From positions 352,001-416,000 of the forward strand of contig CAWCNY010000003.1 of assembly GCA_963797095.1 (NCBI GenBank): DNA of 64,000 nucleotides. Direction: 5' to 3'. Shown one piece after another: positions 8,808 through 17,856 of the stretch; the stretch's first letter is position 1, and each line of letters begins with the position of its first letter. The DNA comes from an uncultured Chloroflexia bacterium. GTDB lineage: Bacteria > Chloroflexota > Chloroflexia > QHBQ01 > JADMIH01. The position numbers were made by a program, and so were the translations under genes. Below the pieces are notes generated by a model, which had not been told where the DNA came from, searched no databases, and was given only the letters and a program-made list of their open reading frames with translations.

Positions 8808-10274
8808 ATGCGTCATCGTGCGCTCTTCACCTGCGCCTTAGCGCTACTCCTCCTGCCAATGATGGCCGGTTGCGATACCTCCGGCCTCCCCGAATCTCTT
8901 GCCTCTACTCCCACCGCTATCCCTCAACCAACCGCCACCGAAATCGCCCTCGTTGAGCCACAGCTAAACCCCACCGCCACCAACGCGCCGAACGCAAACA
9001 CCCCTACCACCCGGCCACAACCGAGCAACACCACACCCCCGCAGCCCACCGATACTACCTCTGTGGGCGCACAACCCACCGACACCGCCGGTGCGCAGGA
9101 CACCCCGGCCCCGGCTGCCACGATCTCCGCTGACAAAATACAGGAGATCCAGCAGATCGAAAGCGAGACTGCCGCTTTCCGCGGCCTCCAACCCCTCTCT
9201 GACGTGCCTGAGACCTTCCTTACCGAAGACCAGCTTCGCGCAGATATCATCAATGAGATGAAAGAGGATTATCCTCGCGCCGAAGCAGCCCAGGATTCCA
9301 AAGAGCTGTGGCTTATGCGGCTCTCGGACGACCCGAATCTCGACCTCTTCCAGCTTGATATAGACTTGCAGAGCGAGCAGGTGCTGGGTTACTACGACCA
9401 GGTCAAGAAGGAGCTTTTCGTGCGCAACAATGGGAGCGATCTAAGCCCGACCGCCCGCGAGACCCTTGCCCACGAGTACACCCATGCCCTCCAGGACCAG
9501 CACTACGACCTCAAAAAGCTCCTCCCGACCGAAACTACCGACGATGATAAGGCACTGGCTGTACGTTCCCTCGTTGAGGGCGACGCAACCGTCACAGGCA
9601 TCCTCTACGCTCAGACCCACATGACCCCAGACGAATACCAGAGCATCATCGATGAGAGCCAGAACGCCGATACCAGTGTGCTCGACAGCGCTCCGCGCTA
9701 TATTCGCGACAGTCTTTACTTCCCGTACAACGAAGGCGTCGAGTTCGCGCTCGCCCTCGGCATCCTCCAGGGTTACAGCCAGATCGATAAAGCCTTTACT
9801 AACCCTCCTGTCTCCTCCGAACAGATCATGCACCCTGAAAAGTACACGAGCCGCACCCCTGACCTGCCCAAGCCCGCGCCTATCGTGCCTCTGACCGACA
9901 CCCTCGGCACAGGCTGGACCCACGGCGATAACGGCACCCTCGGTGAGTTCGACCTCAAGATCATCCTTGAGGAGAACGGCGCTGTTGACGGCGAAGGCGC
10001 GGCGGCAGGCTGGGGCGGCAGCACCTACGAATACTACGCCAACGGCGACGACGCCTTGATGATGATCAGCACCGTTTGGGACACGAAGCGCGACGCCGAC
10101 GAGTTCGAAGACGCCATCAACGAGACATTCGCCAACTACGACAAAGACGGCATCATACTCAAAGACCTCGACGGCCAGCGCTTCTTCAGTGTCAAACGCG
10201 TCAACGACCAGATCACCTTCGGAGCCTCCACCAACTCAGCAGCCCTCGAACACGCTATGGCAGCCATAAAGTAA
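8808..10274 (+). CDS. Lipoprotein with Pro/Thr-rich linker and putative zinc metallopeptidase domain
   Basis: Lipobox MAGC; HEYTHALQDQ (HExxH) with downstream EGDA; PPVSSEQIMHPEKY. Confidence 0.75.
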   Translation: MRHRALFTCALALLLLPMMAGCDTSGLPESLASTPTAIPQPTATEIALVEPQLNPTATNAPNANTPTTRPQPSNTTPPQPTDTTSVGAQPTDTAGAQDTPAPAATISADKIQEIQQIESETAAFRGLQPLSDVPETFLTEDQLRADIINEMKEDYPRAEAAQDSKELWLMRLSDDPNLDLFQLDIDLQSEQVLGYYDQVKKELFVRNNGSDLSPTARETLAHEYTHALQDQHYDLKKLLPTETTDDDKALAVRSLVEGDATVTGILYAQTHMTPDEYQSIIDESQNADTSVLDSAPRYIRDSLYFPYNEGVEFALALGILQGYSQIDKAFTNPPVSSEQIMHPEKYTSRTPDLPKPAPIVPLTDTLGTGWTHGDNGTLGEFDLKIILEENGAVDGEGAAAGWGGSTYEYYANGDDALMMISTVWDTKRDADEFEDAINETFANYDKDGIILKDLDGQRFFSVKRVNDQITFGASTNSAALEHAMAAIK

Positions 10275-10322
10275 CCGAAAAATACGCCTGCATCCCGGCT
10301 CCAAACGTGCAATCTGATGCTA

Positions 10323-10412
10323 AAACATGAAACATCCCGAATTTTAGATTCAGCTTCGCAGGCGTGCAATCTGCTTTACGCACGAATTTAAAATTCTGGG
10401 TGACCTATGTTT
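10323..10412. repeat. Short, degenerate copy of the MITE-like element at 23962-24164
   Basis: Shares AAACATGA-CATCCCGAATTTT-CAGCTTCGCAGGCG-GCAATC and TTTACGCACGAAT-AAATTC blocks; imperfect terminal inverted repeats. Confidence 0.7.
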
Positions 10413-10418
10413 CAGAAC

Positions 10419-10447
10419 TTGAACTTCAACCCCCTAACTGCTATACT
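10419..10447 (+). promoter_or_regulatory. Promoter of the cobalamin-riboswitch operon
   Basis: TTGAAC-N17-TATACT with TG extension. Confidence 0.6.
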
Positions 10448-10479
10448 CAACGCAGCACAACCGAATATCCAAAGGTCAA

Positions 10480-10590
10480 GCAGAGGTCACCCTAAGCCCG
10501 GAAGCTGGGGGTTAATGGGGGAAGCCGGTTAGAGTCCGGCGCTGTCCCGCAACTGTAATCCACCTGGAAAGCCAGGATACCCACCTCTGC
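10480..10590 (+). ncRNA. Cobalamin riboswitch
   Basis: P1 GCAGAGGT/ACCTCTGC; GGGAAGCCGGTTAGAGTCCGGCGCTGTCCCGCAACTGT core; AAGCCAGGATACC B12-box. Confidence 0.93.
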
Positions 10591-10725
10591 TCTCTCATAC
10601 AACCTTCGCGCGAAAGGGGGTAGGAGCTATGCCAACAGCATTGATGCACCTTCTCACTGCACCACCGTAGTCCCTTCACTCCACATCACATGCAGTAAGC
10701 AGAGATCAGCAGGCACTTCTCGTAA

Positions 10726-10757
10726 CCCTTGTCGCAATCGACAAGGGCTTTTTGTTT
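10726..10757 (+). terminator. Intrinsic terminator/attenuator in the riboswitch leader
   Basis: CCCTTGTCG-CAAT-CGACAAGGG followed by a T tract. Confidence 0.8.
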
Positions 10758-10846
10758 GTACAGAACGAGGGAAGTTGGGATATCCCCAGCCTCTCCTTCA
10801 CCCCTCAATGCCCTGCCAGTGGGCTACCCTTTCAGGAGGAATCACT

Positions 10847-11938
10847 TTGAGAAATAAACTCATCACACTAGCGGTCGCGGGTCTGACCGCCCTGGCGGTG
10901 TTCGCCCAGGCCGCCCCAAGCCTGGCCGCGCCGCAAGCCGCCCAGTACGCCGCCCAGTACACAGACGCAGCCAACAAAGCGCTCGCCTGGATGAAGACAC
11001 AGCAACAGCCGGATGGCTCGTTCGCCGGTTTCGGCGCAGGCTCTACCATTGATGCGCTCCTCGCTATCATCGCGGCCAACGGCGACCCTGCTTCTTACAC
11101 CCAGGACGGCAATAGCCCCGCTACCTACCTCGAAAGCAACGCAGGCACTATTGTCGCCACATCAGGTGGCGCGGGCAAACTCCTTCTCGCCGCTCACGCC
11201 CTCGGCCAGGACGTTCACTCCTTCGGCGGCGTTGACCTCGTCGGGGCTATCAACGCCAGCTACGGCATCTCCGCCACCGGGCAGTACGGCCCCGACACCA
11301 TCGGCCACGCGTTCTCGATACTTGGCCTCTCTGTCGCCGGGGAATCCGTGCCGTCTGCCGCCATCGACAGGCTTAAGAGCCTGCAATCCCCCGAAGGAGG
11401 CTGGTCTTTCAGCGGCGACACCTCGGCAGGCGCAGCCGATACCGATACCACCGCCGTAGCCATCCAGGCCCTGGTAGCCGCAGGCGCTAACCAGCCCGGC
11501 GACAACACCATCAAATACGCTGTCACCTACCTGGCCGACCAGCAGAACTCGGACGGCGGCTGGCCCTACCAGCAGGGCAGCCAGTACGGCAGCGACAGCG
11601 ATGTCAACTCCACCTCCTACGTGGTCCAATCCATGCTGGCCCTCCAGAATGCCACCATAGCCGAGGCCGGTCAGCGATTCATCGCCTCCCTCCAAAACCC
11701 AGGTGGAGCGTTCGCCTACCAGAAAGCCGACCCCACCGATAACGCCGGGGCCACCTACCAGGCGATCCCCGCCCTCCTCGGCGCAACCCTGCTCAACCCT
11801 GTAGCCGCAGCAAGCCCGGTAACCCAACCCGGTATGCCCGTCACCGGGGCAGCGCCTGAATGGGCCTATCTCGCCGCTCTTATACTCGTCGCCGCGCTCC
11901 TGTCAGGCGCCGGTCTGTTCCTTCGCCGCACTCGCTAG
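10847..11938 (+). CDS. Secreted alpha/alpha-barrel (prenyltransferase/squalene-oxidase-repeat) protein with sortase-like tail; probable corrinoid-binding surface protein
   Basis: Signal peptide; repeated QxxDGGW/F motifs; DTDTTAVAIQAL; C-terminal PGMPVTG + TM + RRTR; first gene after the B12 riboswitch. Confidence 0.75.
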   Translation: MRNKLITLAVAGLTALAVFAQAAPSLAAPQAAQYAAQYTDAANKALAWMKTQQQPDGSFAGFGAGSTIDALLAIIAANGDPASYTQDGNSPATYLESNAGTIVATSGGAGKLLLAAHALGQDVHSFGGVDLVGAINASYGISATGQYGPDTIGHAFSILGLSVAGESVPSAAIDRLKSLQSPEGGWSFSGDTSAGAADTDTTAVAIQALVAAGANQPGDNTIKYAVTYLADQQNSDGGWPYQQGSQYGSDSDVNSTSYVVQSMLALQNATIAEAGQRFIASLQNPGGAFAYQKADPTDNAGATYQAIPALLGATLLNPVAAASPVTQPGMPVTGAAPEWAYLAALILVAALLSGAGLFLRRTR

Positions 11939-11961
11939 ATCACAGGAAACAGGGGCGGCCT

Positions 11962-12939
11962 ATGGGTCGCCCCTCACGCACCATGCGTTTATCGCCCCGC
12001 CGGATACTAATATCTCTACTATGCTTGCTCACTCTCGGCATGGCGGGATCGCCCGTGCCATCCGCCGCGCAATCCACGGGTAACCGGGCCGGAATGGTGA
12101 TCCAATTCCCCGACGGCACCACTCAAACCTACTGCCTGACCTTCGAAGGCGACGACATCACCGGCCTTGACCTTCTTCTCAAGACCAACCTCGACGTGAA
12201 GGTGGAGGTGCAGGGGCTTGGCGCGCTCGTTTGCCGGATCGGCCCCACAGGCTGCCCATACCCCGCCCAACCGTGCCTGTGCCAGTCCTACGGTCCCAGC
12301 GGCGTCTACTGGAGCTACCACCACCTCAAGGACGGTCAATGGAAAGCCTCCATCGTCGGCGCGGGAAGCTACAAAGTAAGCCCGGGCGACGTGGAAGGCT
12401 GGGCGTGGAGCAACGGCTCGCCGCCGCCCGTCTACACCTACGGCGAGCTATGCCAGGCCACCGGACCACCCACTTCTACCCCCATCCCAACGCCCCTCCC
12501 CACGGACACACCGCAACCACCACCCACATCCACGCCCCGACCTCCCGCACCAACCTCGACGTGGGTGGCGCAGCCCATGAATACTTCTCAACCCACGCCG
12601 CAAGCGCCACAATCCACTGCTGTGCTGACCAATACGATGCTCCCAGCAACATCTACGCCAACCTCCACACTGACCAATACACCTTCTTCAACCGGCACTC
12701 CACAACCTACGGCCACGCCCTCACCCGTAAGCACAGATACACCTGTGCCCACCCCTACCGCCACCATCGCGGCTCCTGTGACGCCAACTCCCACACCACC
12801 GGCAACCTCCAGCGAAGCCACCGCCCGCACCGTCGGCATCCTCATTGCAGGCAGCGTACTGGGGCTGCTCGCGATCTGGGGCTGGCTTACCTTCCTGCGC
12901 AGACGCACACCGCCCCGCGACGGCACAGGAGCGCCCTGA
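11962..12939 (+). CDS. Membrane-anchored surface protein with DUF4430/transcobalamin-C-like domain and Pro/Thr stalk
   Basis: Signal peptide; GALVCRIG...YWSY...GAGSYKVSPGDVEGW; long P/T linker; C-terminal TM + RRR. Confidence 0.7.
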   Translation: MGRPSRTMRLSPRRILISLLCLLTLGMAGSPVPSAAQSTGNRAGMVIQFPDGTTQTYCLTFEGDDITGLDLLLKTNLDVKVEVQGLGALVCRIGPTGCPYPAQPCLCQSYGPSGVYWSYHHLKDGQWKASIVGAGSYKVSPGDVEGWAWSNGSPPPVYTYGELCQATGPPTSTPIPTPLPTDTPQPPPTSTPRPPAPTSTWVAQPMNTSQPTPQAPQSTAVLTNTMLPATSTPTSTLTNTPSSTGTPQPTATPSPVSTDTPVPTPTATIAAPVTPTPTPPATSSEATARTVGILIAGSVLGLLAIWGWLTFLRRRTPPRDGTGAP

Positions 12940-12941
12940 CC

Positions 12942-14051
12942 ATGTGGAGCCGCGACACAGGCACATACGAGTTCCACGTAGGCTCATGGTCCTTATGGCT
13001 GCTGGCCGCCATGTTCGCCTCCCTCGGCACGCGCAACCCCTTCTACCTGGTCCTCGTGATCGTCATCTCTCTAATGGTAGGCAGAGCCATAGCGCGCCCG
13101 CCATCCACCACCGAAGATAAGCAGTATGCAGTGAGCAACTCGCAATCAGGCTTCTCCAGCCTCTGGCGCATCGTCGTGATCATCACTATCGGGGTGGCCG
13201 TTCTCAAAGGTCTCAGCTACCACATCGGCGCGACCGTCCTGTTCACTCTGCCCGATTGGCTCCCTGTGATCGGCGGCAAGGTCGCCCTGGAAGATATGCT
13301 GGCCGCAGGGCTTGACGCGCTGGCCCTCCTGACCGTGCTCGCCGTATTTGCCGCCTTCACCGCCGGGGCCGACTACTACGCCATGCTCAGATCTGTGCCT
13401 GCTGCTATGCACGGCGCGGGCCTTGTAACTTCTATCGCCATCACCTTCGTCCCCCAGACCATCCAGCGGTACACCGAGATCCGGGAAGCCCAATCGCTCA
13501 GGGGCCACCGGGTGCGCCGCGTAGCCGACCTTCTCCCCATGATCATCCCCCTTTTGGCAGGGGGCATGGAGCGCTCCATGAACCTCGCCGAAGCGATGGA
13601 AGCGCGCGGCTTCGGCAGAACCACCACTTCCCGCTCGATCTCTCCCCTGCTCGTGCAGGTGGGCCTCATCCTCGGCCTCGGACTGCTCCTGGTCGGAAGC
13701 ACCATGTTCGCGTTCGCCCCGGACACACCCCTCCTGGGTTGGCTCCTCATTGCGTTCGGCCTCTCCCTGGTCACGTATACCCTGTGGGCAATCGGCAGGG
13801 GCACCCATCGCACCCGCTACCGCCGCACCGTCTGGCGCGCCTACGATACCCCCCTGGCCGTCGTTTCGGCAGGCATCCTCGCCATACTCCTCGTCTTCAA
13901 ACTGCTTGCACCTTCCCTGCTGGCCTACACCCCGTTCCTTCGCATCTCAATGCCCGATTTCGATCCCCTGGTCGCGCTGACCCTCTGCGCTCTGGTCGCG
14001 CCCACCCTTATGGTCCGCTACCTCCCCAACACCAGACAAGGCAACTCATGA
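12942..14051 (+). CDS. ECF transporter transmembrane (T) component
   Basis: Multi-TM; IREAQSLRG and LAEAMEARGFG Arg motifs. Confidence 0.9.
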   Translation: MWSRDTGTYEFHVGSWSLWLLAAMFASLGTRNPFYLVLVIVISLMVGRAIARPPSTTEDKQYAVSNSQSGFSSLWRIVVIITIGVAVLKGLSYHIGATVLFTLPDWLPVIGGKVALEDMLAAGLDALALLTVLAVFAAFTAGADYYAMLRSVPAAMHGAGLVTSIAITFVPQTIQRYTEIREAQSLRGHRVRRVADLLPMIIPLLAGGMERSMNLAEAMEARGFGRTTTSRSISPLLVQVGLILGLGLLLVGSTMFAFAPDTPLLGWLLIAFGLSLVTYTLWAIGRGTHRTRYRRTVWRAYDTPLAVVSAGILAILLVFKLLAPSLLAYTPFLRISMPDFDPLVALTLCALVAPTLMVRYLPNTRQGNS

Positions 14052-15694
14052 ACACACCCCTTATCTCGCTATCCAACATAACCTACACCTATCCCGGCAC
14101 CACCAACCCTGCCCTGCGCGACCTCACCCTCCAGGTCGAAGAAGGGGAGTTCCTGCTGGTAGCCGGCGTCTCCGGCGCGGGCAAATCCACCCTCCTGCGC
14201 CTCTTCAACGGCCTCGTCCCCCATTTCTACGGAGGCGAGCTTGCAGGCACGATCCGCGTTACCGAGCGCGACCCCGTGGCCCTGGGTCCCGGCGAGATGA
14301 GCAGCGATGTCGGTCTTGTTTTTCAGGACCCCGAAGCCCAGTTCGTGGCCGAAATTGTTGAGGACGAGATGGCCTTCGCGCTCGAAAATGCCGGCCTCCC
14401 CCTGCCCACCATGCGCAAACGCGTCGAAGAAGCACTCCACGCTCTCGGCATCGATCACCTGCGCGCCAGGCGTGTAAACACCCTCTCCGGAGGCGAGCGC
14501 CAGCGTGTAGCCATCGCCGCCGTGCTCACCCTCCAGCCTCGCGTGCTCGTGCTCGACGAACCTACCTCCCAACTCGATCCCCAGTCCGCCGAAGAGGTGC
14601 TAGACTCCCTTGTCAAGCTCAACAAAGACCTCGGCCTCACCATCATCCTCTCCGAGCATCGCCTTGAGCGCGTTGTCCAGTACGTCGACCGCATCTTCTA
14701 CATGGACATAAATGGCACGACCCTCGACGGCCCTCCCCGCGATCTTCTCTCGCACATCCCATTGGCCCCGCCCATCGTACAGGTTGCCAGGCTCCTCGAC
14801 TGGCAACCCATCCCTCTCACTATCAAAGAAGCCCGCAAATTTGTCGCGACAAAAATCGGCCAGCAAATCCCCAGCCCAACTCCTGACAATTCGGACATTC
14901 AGATCCCCTTAGCTCCCACGCGCCAGCCCCATCAACCGCCTGCCAGCCAACTCGATTCCGTCTGGTTTGGCTATGGCGGGCGCGAAGTACTCAAAGGGAT
15001 GTCGCTCGATTTCCGCCAGGGCGAGATCACCTCCCTCATGGGGCGTAACGGCGCTGGCAAAACCACCATCCTCAAGCTCGCGCTCGGCCTCCTCAAGCCT
15101 CACCGCGGCACCGTCCGCACCCTCGGCAACGATACCCGCCATACGCCGTTGGACGCACTTTCCAGGCTTGTGGGATATGTCCCACAACAGCCCGACCTGC
15201 TCCTCTTTTCCGATACTGTCCAGGGCGAGGTCGATTTCACCCGCCGCACCCACGGCCTCCCGCCCGACGGTGCGGACCTCCTGGCCAGCCTCGGCCTCAT
15301 TCCCTACCGCCTCAGCGATCCCCGCGACCTGAGTGTTGGCGAGCGCCAGCGGGTGGCCCTGGCCGCCGTGCTCGCTGGCTCCCCTCCTGTTCTCATCCTC
15401 GACGAGCCGACGCGCGGCCTAGACTACCTGCAAAAGGAGGTGCTGGCCCGCATCCTCCGAGACCTGCGCGATCAAGGGCGCACCGTCATCCTCACAACCC
15501 ACGACGTAGAACTGGCCGCACACCTGACCGACCGTGTGATACTACTCGGCGACGGCGAAGTAATAGCCGACGGCCCCGCCCGCGAAGTAATGACAAACTC
15601 CCTGGTCTTCTCCTCCCAGATCAGCAAACTCTTCCGCGACCCCACCCTCCTGACAGTAGAAGATGTAGCCCAACGAATAACAAGCAACGAGTGA
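14048..15694 (+). CDS. ECF transporter duplicated ATPase
   Basis: Two ABC domains: GVSGAGKST/LSGGE/LDEPT and GRNGAGKTT/LSVGE/LDEPT; overlaps the T gene. Confidence 0.93.
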   Translation: MNTPLISLSNITYTYPGTTNPALRDLTLQVEEGEFLLVAGVSGAGKSTLLRLFNGLVPHFYGGELAGTIRVTERDPVALGPGEMSSDVGLVFQDPEAQFVAEIVEDEMAFALENAGLPLPTMRKRVEEALHALGIDHLRARRVNTLSGGERQRVAIAAVLTLQPRVLVLDEPTSQLDPQSAEEVLDSLVKLNKDLGLTIILSEHRLERVVQYVDRIFYMDINGTTLDGPPRDLLSHIPLAPPIVQVARLLDWQPIPLTIKEARKFVATKIGQQIPSPTPDNSDIQIPLAPTRQPHQPPASQLDSVWFGYGGREVLKGMSLDFRQGEITSLMGRNGAGKTTILKLALGLLKPHRGTVRTLGNDTRHTPLDALSRLVGYVPQQPDLLLFSDTVQGEVDFTRRTHGLPPDGADLLASLGLIPYRLSDPRDLSVGERQRVALAAVLAGSPPVLILDEPTRGLDYLQKEVLARILRDLRDQGRTVILTTHDVELAAHLTDRVILLGDGEVIADGPAREVMTNSLVFSSQISKLFRDPTLLTVEDVAQRITSNE

Positions 15695-15747
15695 CGAGTG
15701 ACGAGTGACAAGTAACCGAATACGCAGTACGGAGTACGCAATAAGAA

Positions 15748-16614
15748 ATGTCCACCCCAGCCCGGGCAATCCAAAATCCAAAATCTAAAATCCACAATCG
15801 CAACGCTCCTCGCGCCTCGCTCAGCGTTGCCATCATGGTCCTTACCACTTTGCTCGGCGCGTGGGCCTTCCTCTACCCGTTCTTCGTACCCCCTCCCACC
15901 GGAGACGATGTCGGAGGCTCGCACGCAGCCGACGCCCCACTCATCTTCCTGCTTGTCATGGGCCTTTGCCTGGTAGCCATCGTCGCCGACCTTGAGACCC
16001 GCGCCATAGACAGCAAGACCATCGCCCTTCTGGGCGTGCTTGTCGCCACCAACTCCCTCCTTCGGCCACTACAGGGGCCGGGGGGTTTTTCAGGCTTCCA
16101 GGTGCTCCCCATCCTCTGCGGCTACGTCTTCGGTGGCGTCTTCGGCTTCCTCCTTGGTTCCCTTTCCGTGTTCGTGTCGGCCCTTATCACGGGAGGCGTG
16201 GGGCCCTGGATGCCCTTCCAGATGCTAGCCATCGGCTGGATAGGCATGTCCTCCGCCGCCCTCCCCCGCAAAGCCATCAAGAGCCTATGGGGCGGCAAAG
16301 CCGAAAAGTGGATCCTCGCCGCCTGGGGTGCGCTCCTCGGCCTCGTCTTCGGCCTGATCATCAACCTCTGGTCCTGGCCCTTCATCGCCGCAGGCACCAC
16401 CGACCTACCCACCAACCAGACCTGGCAGCCCGGCGCAGGACTCCCTCAAGCCCTGGCCCGCTATTCAGCCTACTACCTGGCCACTTCTCTCCCCTGGGAC
16501 ATCTGGCTAAGCATAGGCAACGTCCTCCTGATCCTCTTCCTGGGCCCACCCATCCTCCGCCTCCTGAGACGCTTCAAACAGCGTTTCTTCTTCTCGGTAG
16601 TCGGTAGTCGGTAG
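15748..16614 (+). CDS. ECF transporter S component (CbrT-like, predicted corrinoid substrate)
   Basis: Hydrophobic; KTIALLGVL, GGVGPWMPFQM, TSLPWD motifs; B12-riboswitch context. Confidence 0.85.
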   Translation: MSTPARAIQNPKSKIHNRNAPRASLSVAIMVLTTLLGAWAFLYPFFVPPPTGDDVGGSHAADAPLIFLLVMGLCLVAIVADLETRAIDSKTIALLGVLVATNSLLRPLQGPGGFSGFQVLPILCGYVFGGVFGFLLGSLSVFVSALITGGVGPWMPFQMLAIGWIGMSSAALPRKAIKSLWGGKAEKWILAAWGALLGLVFGLIINLWSWPFIAAGTTDLPTNQTWQPGAGLPQALARYSAYYLATSLPWDIWLSIGNVLLILFLGPPILRLLRRFKQRFFFSVVGSR

Positions 16615-16717
16615 TCAGAAGTTCCTGGTTCCTGGTTCCTGGTTGTTCTTCGTCTATCATCCTCTCGACTACCGACTACCGACTACCGACTACCGACTAC
16701 CGACTACCGACTACCGA
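16598..16717. repeat. Composite heptamer repeat: (TAGTCGG)n, (GTTCCTG)n, inverted (ACTACCG)n
   Basis: Seen directly; the outer arms are reverse complements. Confidence 0.9.
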
Positions 16718-16742
16718 CCCCCAAATCTGCTACAATACACCT

Positions 16743-17855
16743 ATGACCACCGACGCGAACCGCTACCGCATAAACTGGCAGGACGAGATCGATAGCGCCG
16801 CTCTCTATCGTGCCGTGGCCGATGCCGAATCCAACCCTCAGCTAGCCCAGGTCTATCGGAAACTGGCCGACACCGAAGAAGCCCACGCAGCCTTCTGGGA
16901 AACCCGGCTTCGCGATGCCGGCCAGCCTGTGCCACCTCGCCGCGTTGGCTGGCGGGCGCGCGTGCTTGCCATGCTGGCCCGGCGCTTCGGCGCATCCTTC
17001 GTCCTCCCCACCATCAGCAACCTGGAACGTTCAGACAGCGCCGGCTACAGCGCCCAACCGGAGGCCGCAGGCACTCCTATGCCCTCAGAAGAGCGCTCGC
17101 ACGCCCGCCTCCTCCGTACCATCACAGGGGGTATGGAAGGGAGCGACATCGCCCAGATCGAGGGTCGGCACAGGGCCAGCAGCGGCAACGCCCTGCGCGC
17201 CGCCGTGCTCGGAGCCAACGACGGTCTCCTCTCCAATTTCAGCCTCATCATGGGCGTCGCCGGGGCGCAACTCAACGCCACCACCATCCTGATCACGGGC
17301 TTCGCTGGCCTCCTGGCGGGCGCAGGCTCTATGGCGATGGGCGAATGGATATCGGTCCAAAGCTCCCGCGAGCTTTACACGCGCCAGATTCGCGTTGAAG
17401 AGATGGAGCTTGAGGAGGTGCCCGAAGAAGAGGAAGAAGAGCTTGCCTTGATCTACCAGGCGAAGGGCGTGCCCGAAAAAGAGGCCCGCAACATGGCCCA
17501 CCGCATCATGGCAGACCGGGCCAGCGCCCTCGACACCCTATCGAGGGAAGAACTCGGCATTGATCCCAAAGAATTAGGCGGCTCTGCCTGGGAGGCCGCC
17601 ATTACATCGTTCGTGCTGTTCGCCCTCGGTGCGATTGTGCCCGTGGCCCCCTTCATCTTCTTCACAGGGTGGGCGGCGGTCCTCACCAGCGCCGTGCTCA
17701 GCGCCATCGCGCTCTTCGGCATCGGCGCGATAATCACCCTCCTCACAGGTCGCAGCGTGCTTTTCTCCGGCACACGCCAGGTGGTGATCGGTCTCGCGGC
17801 AGCGGCCCTTACCTACGGCCTGGGCCAACTCCTGGGCGTTGCTATCAAAGGCTGA
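16743..17855 (+). CDS. VIT1/CCC1-family metal transporter with N-terminal rubrerythrin/ferritin-like domain
   Basis: EIDSAALY, EEAH, ERSH di-iron-like motifs; LRAAVLGANDGL; SMAMGEWISV. Confidence 0.9.
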   Translation: MTTDANRYRINWQDEIDSAALYRAVADAESNPQLAQVYRKLADTEEAHAAFWETRLRDAGQPVPPRRVGWRARVLAMLARRFGASFVLPTISNLERSDSAGYSAQPEAAGTPMPSEERSHARLLRTITGGMEGSDIAQIEGRHRASSGNALRAAVLGANDGLLSNFSLIMGVAGAQLNATTILITGFAGLLAGAGSMAMGEWISVQSSRELYTRQIRVEEMELEEVPEEEEEELALIYQAKGVPEKEARNMAHRIMADRASALDTLSREELGIDPKELGGSAWEAAITSFVLFALGAIVPVAPFIFFTGWAAVLTSAVLSAIALFGIGAIITLLTGRSVLFSGTRQVVIGLAAAALTYGLGQLLGVAIKG

Positions 17856-17856
17856 C

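Noticed and set aside
10847-11938. Squalene-hopene cyclase or terpene biosynthesis gene
   Set aside because: Secreted, sortase-like tail, single barrel, no DxDD motif and B12-regulated transporter context.
16598-16717. CRISPR array (also considered at 46995-47110)
   Set aside because: 7-bp tandem units without unique spacers; no cas genes in the window.
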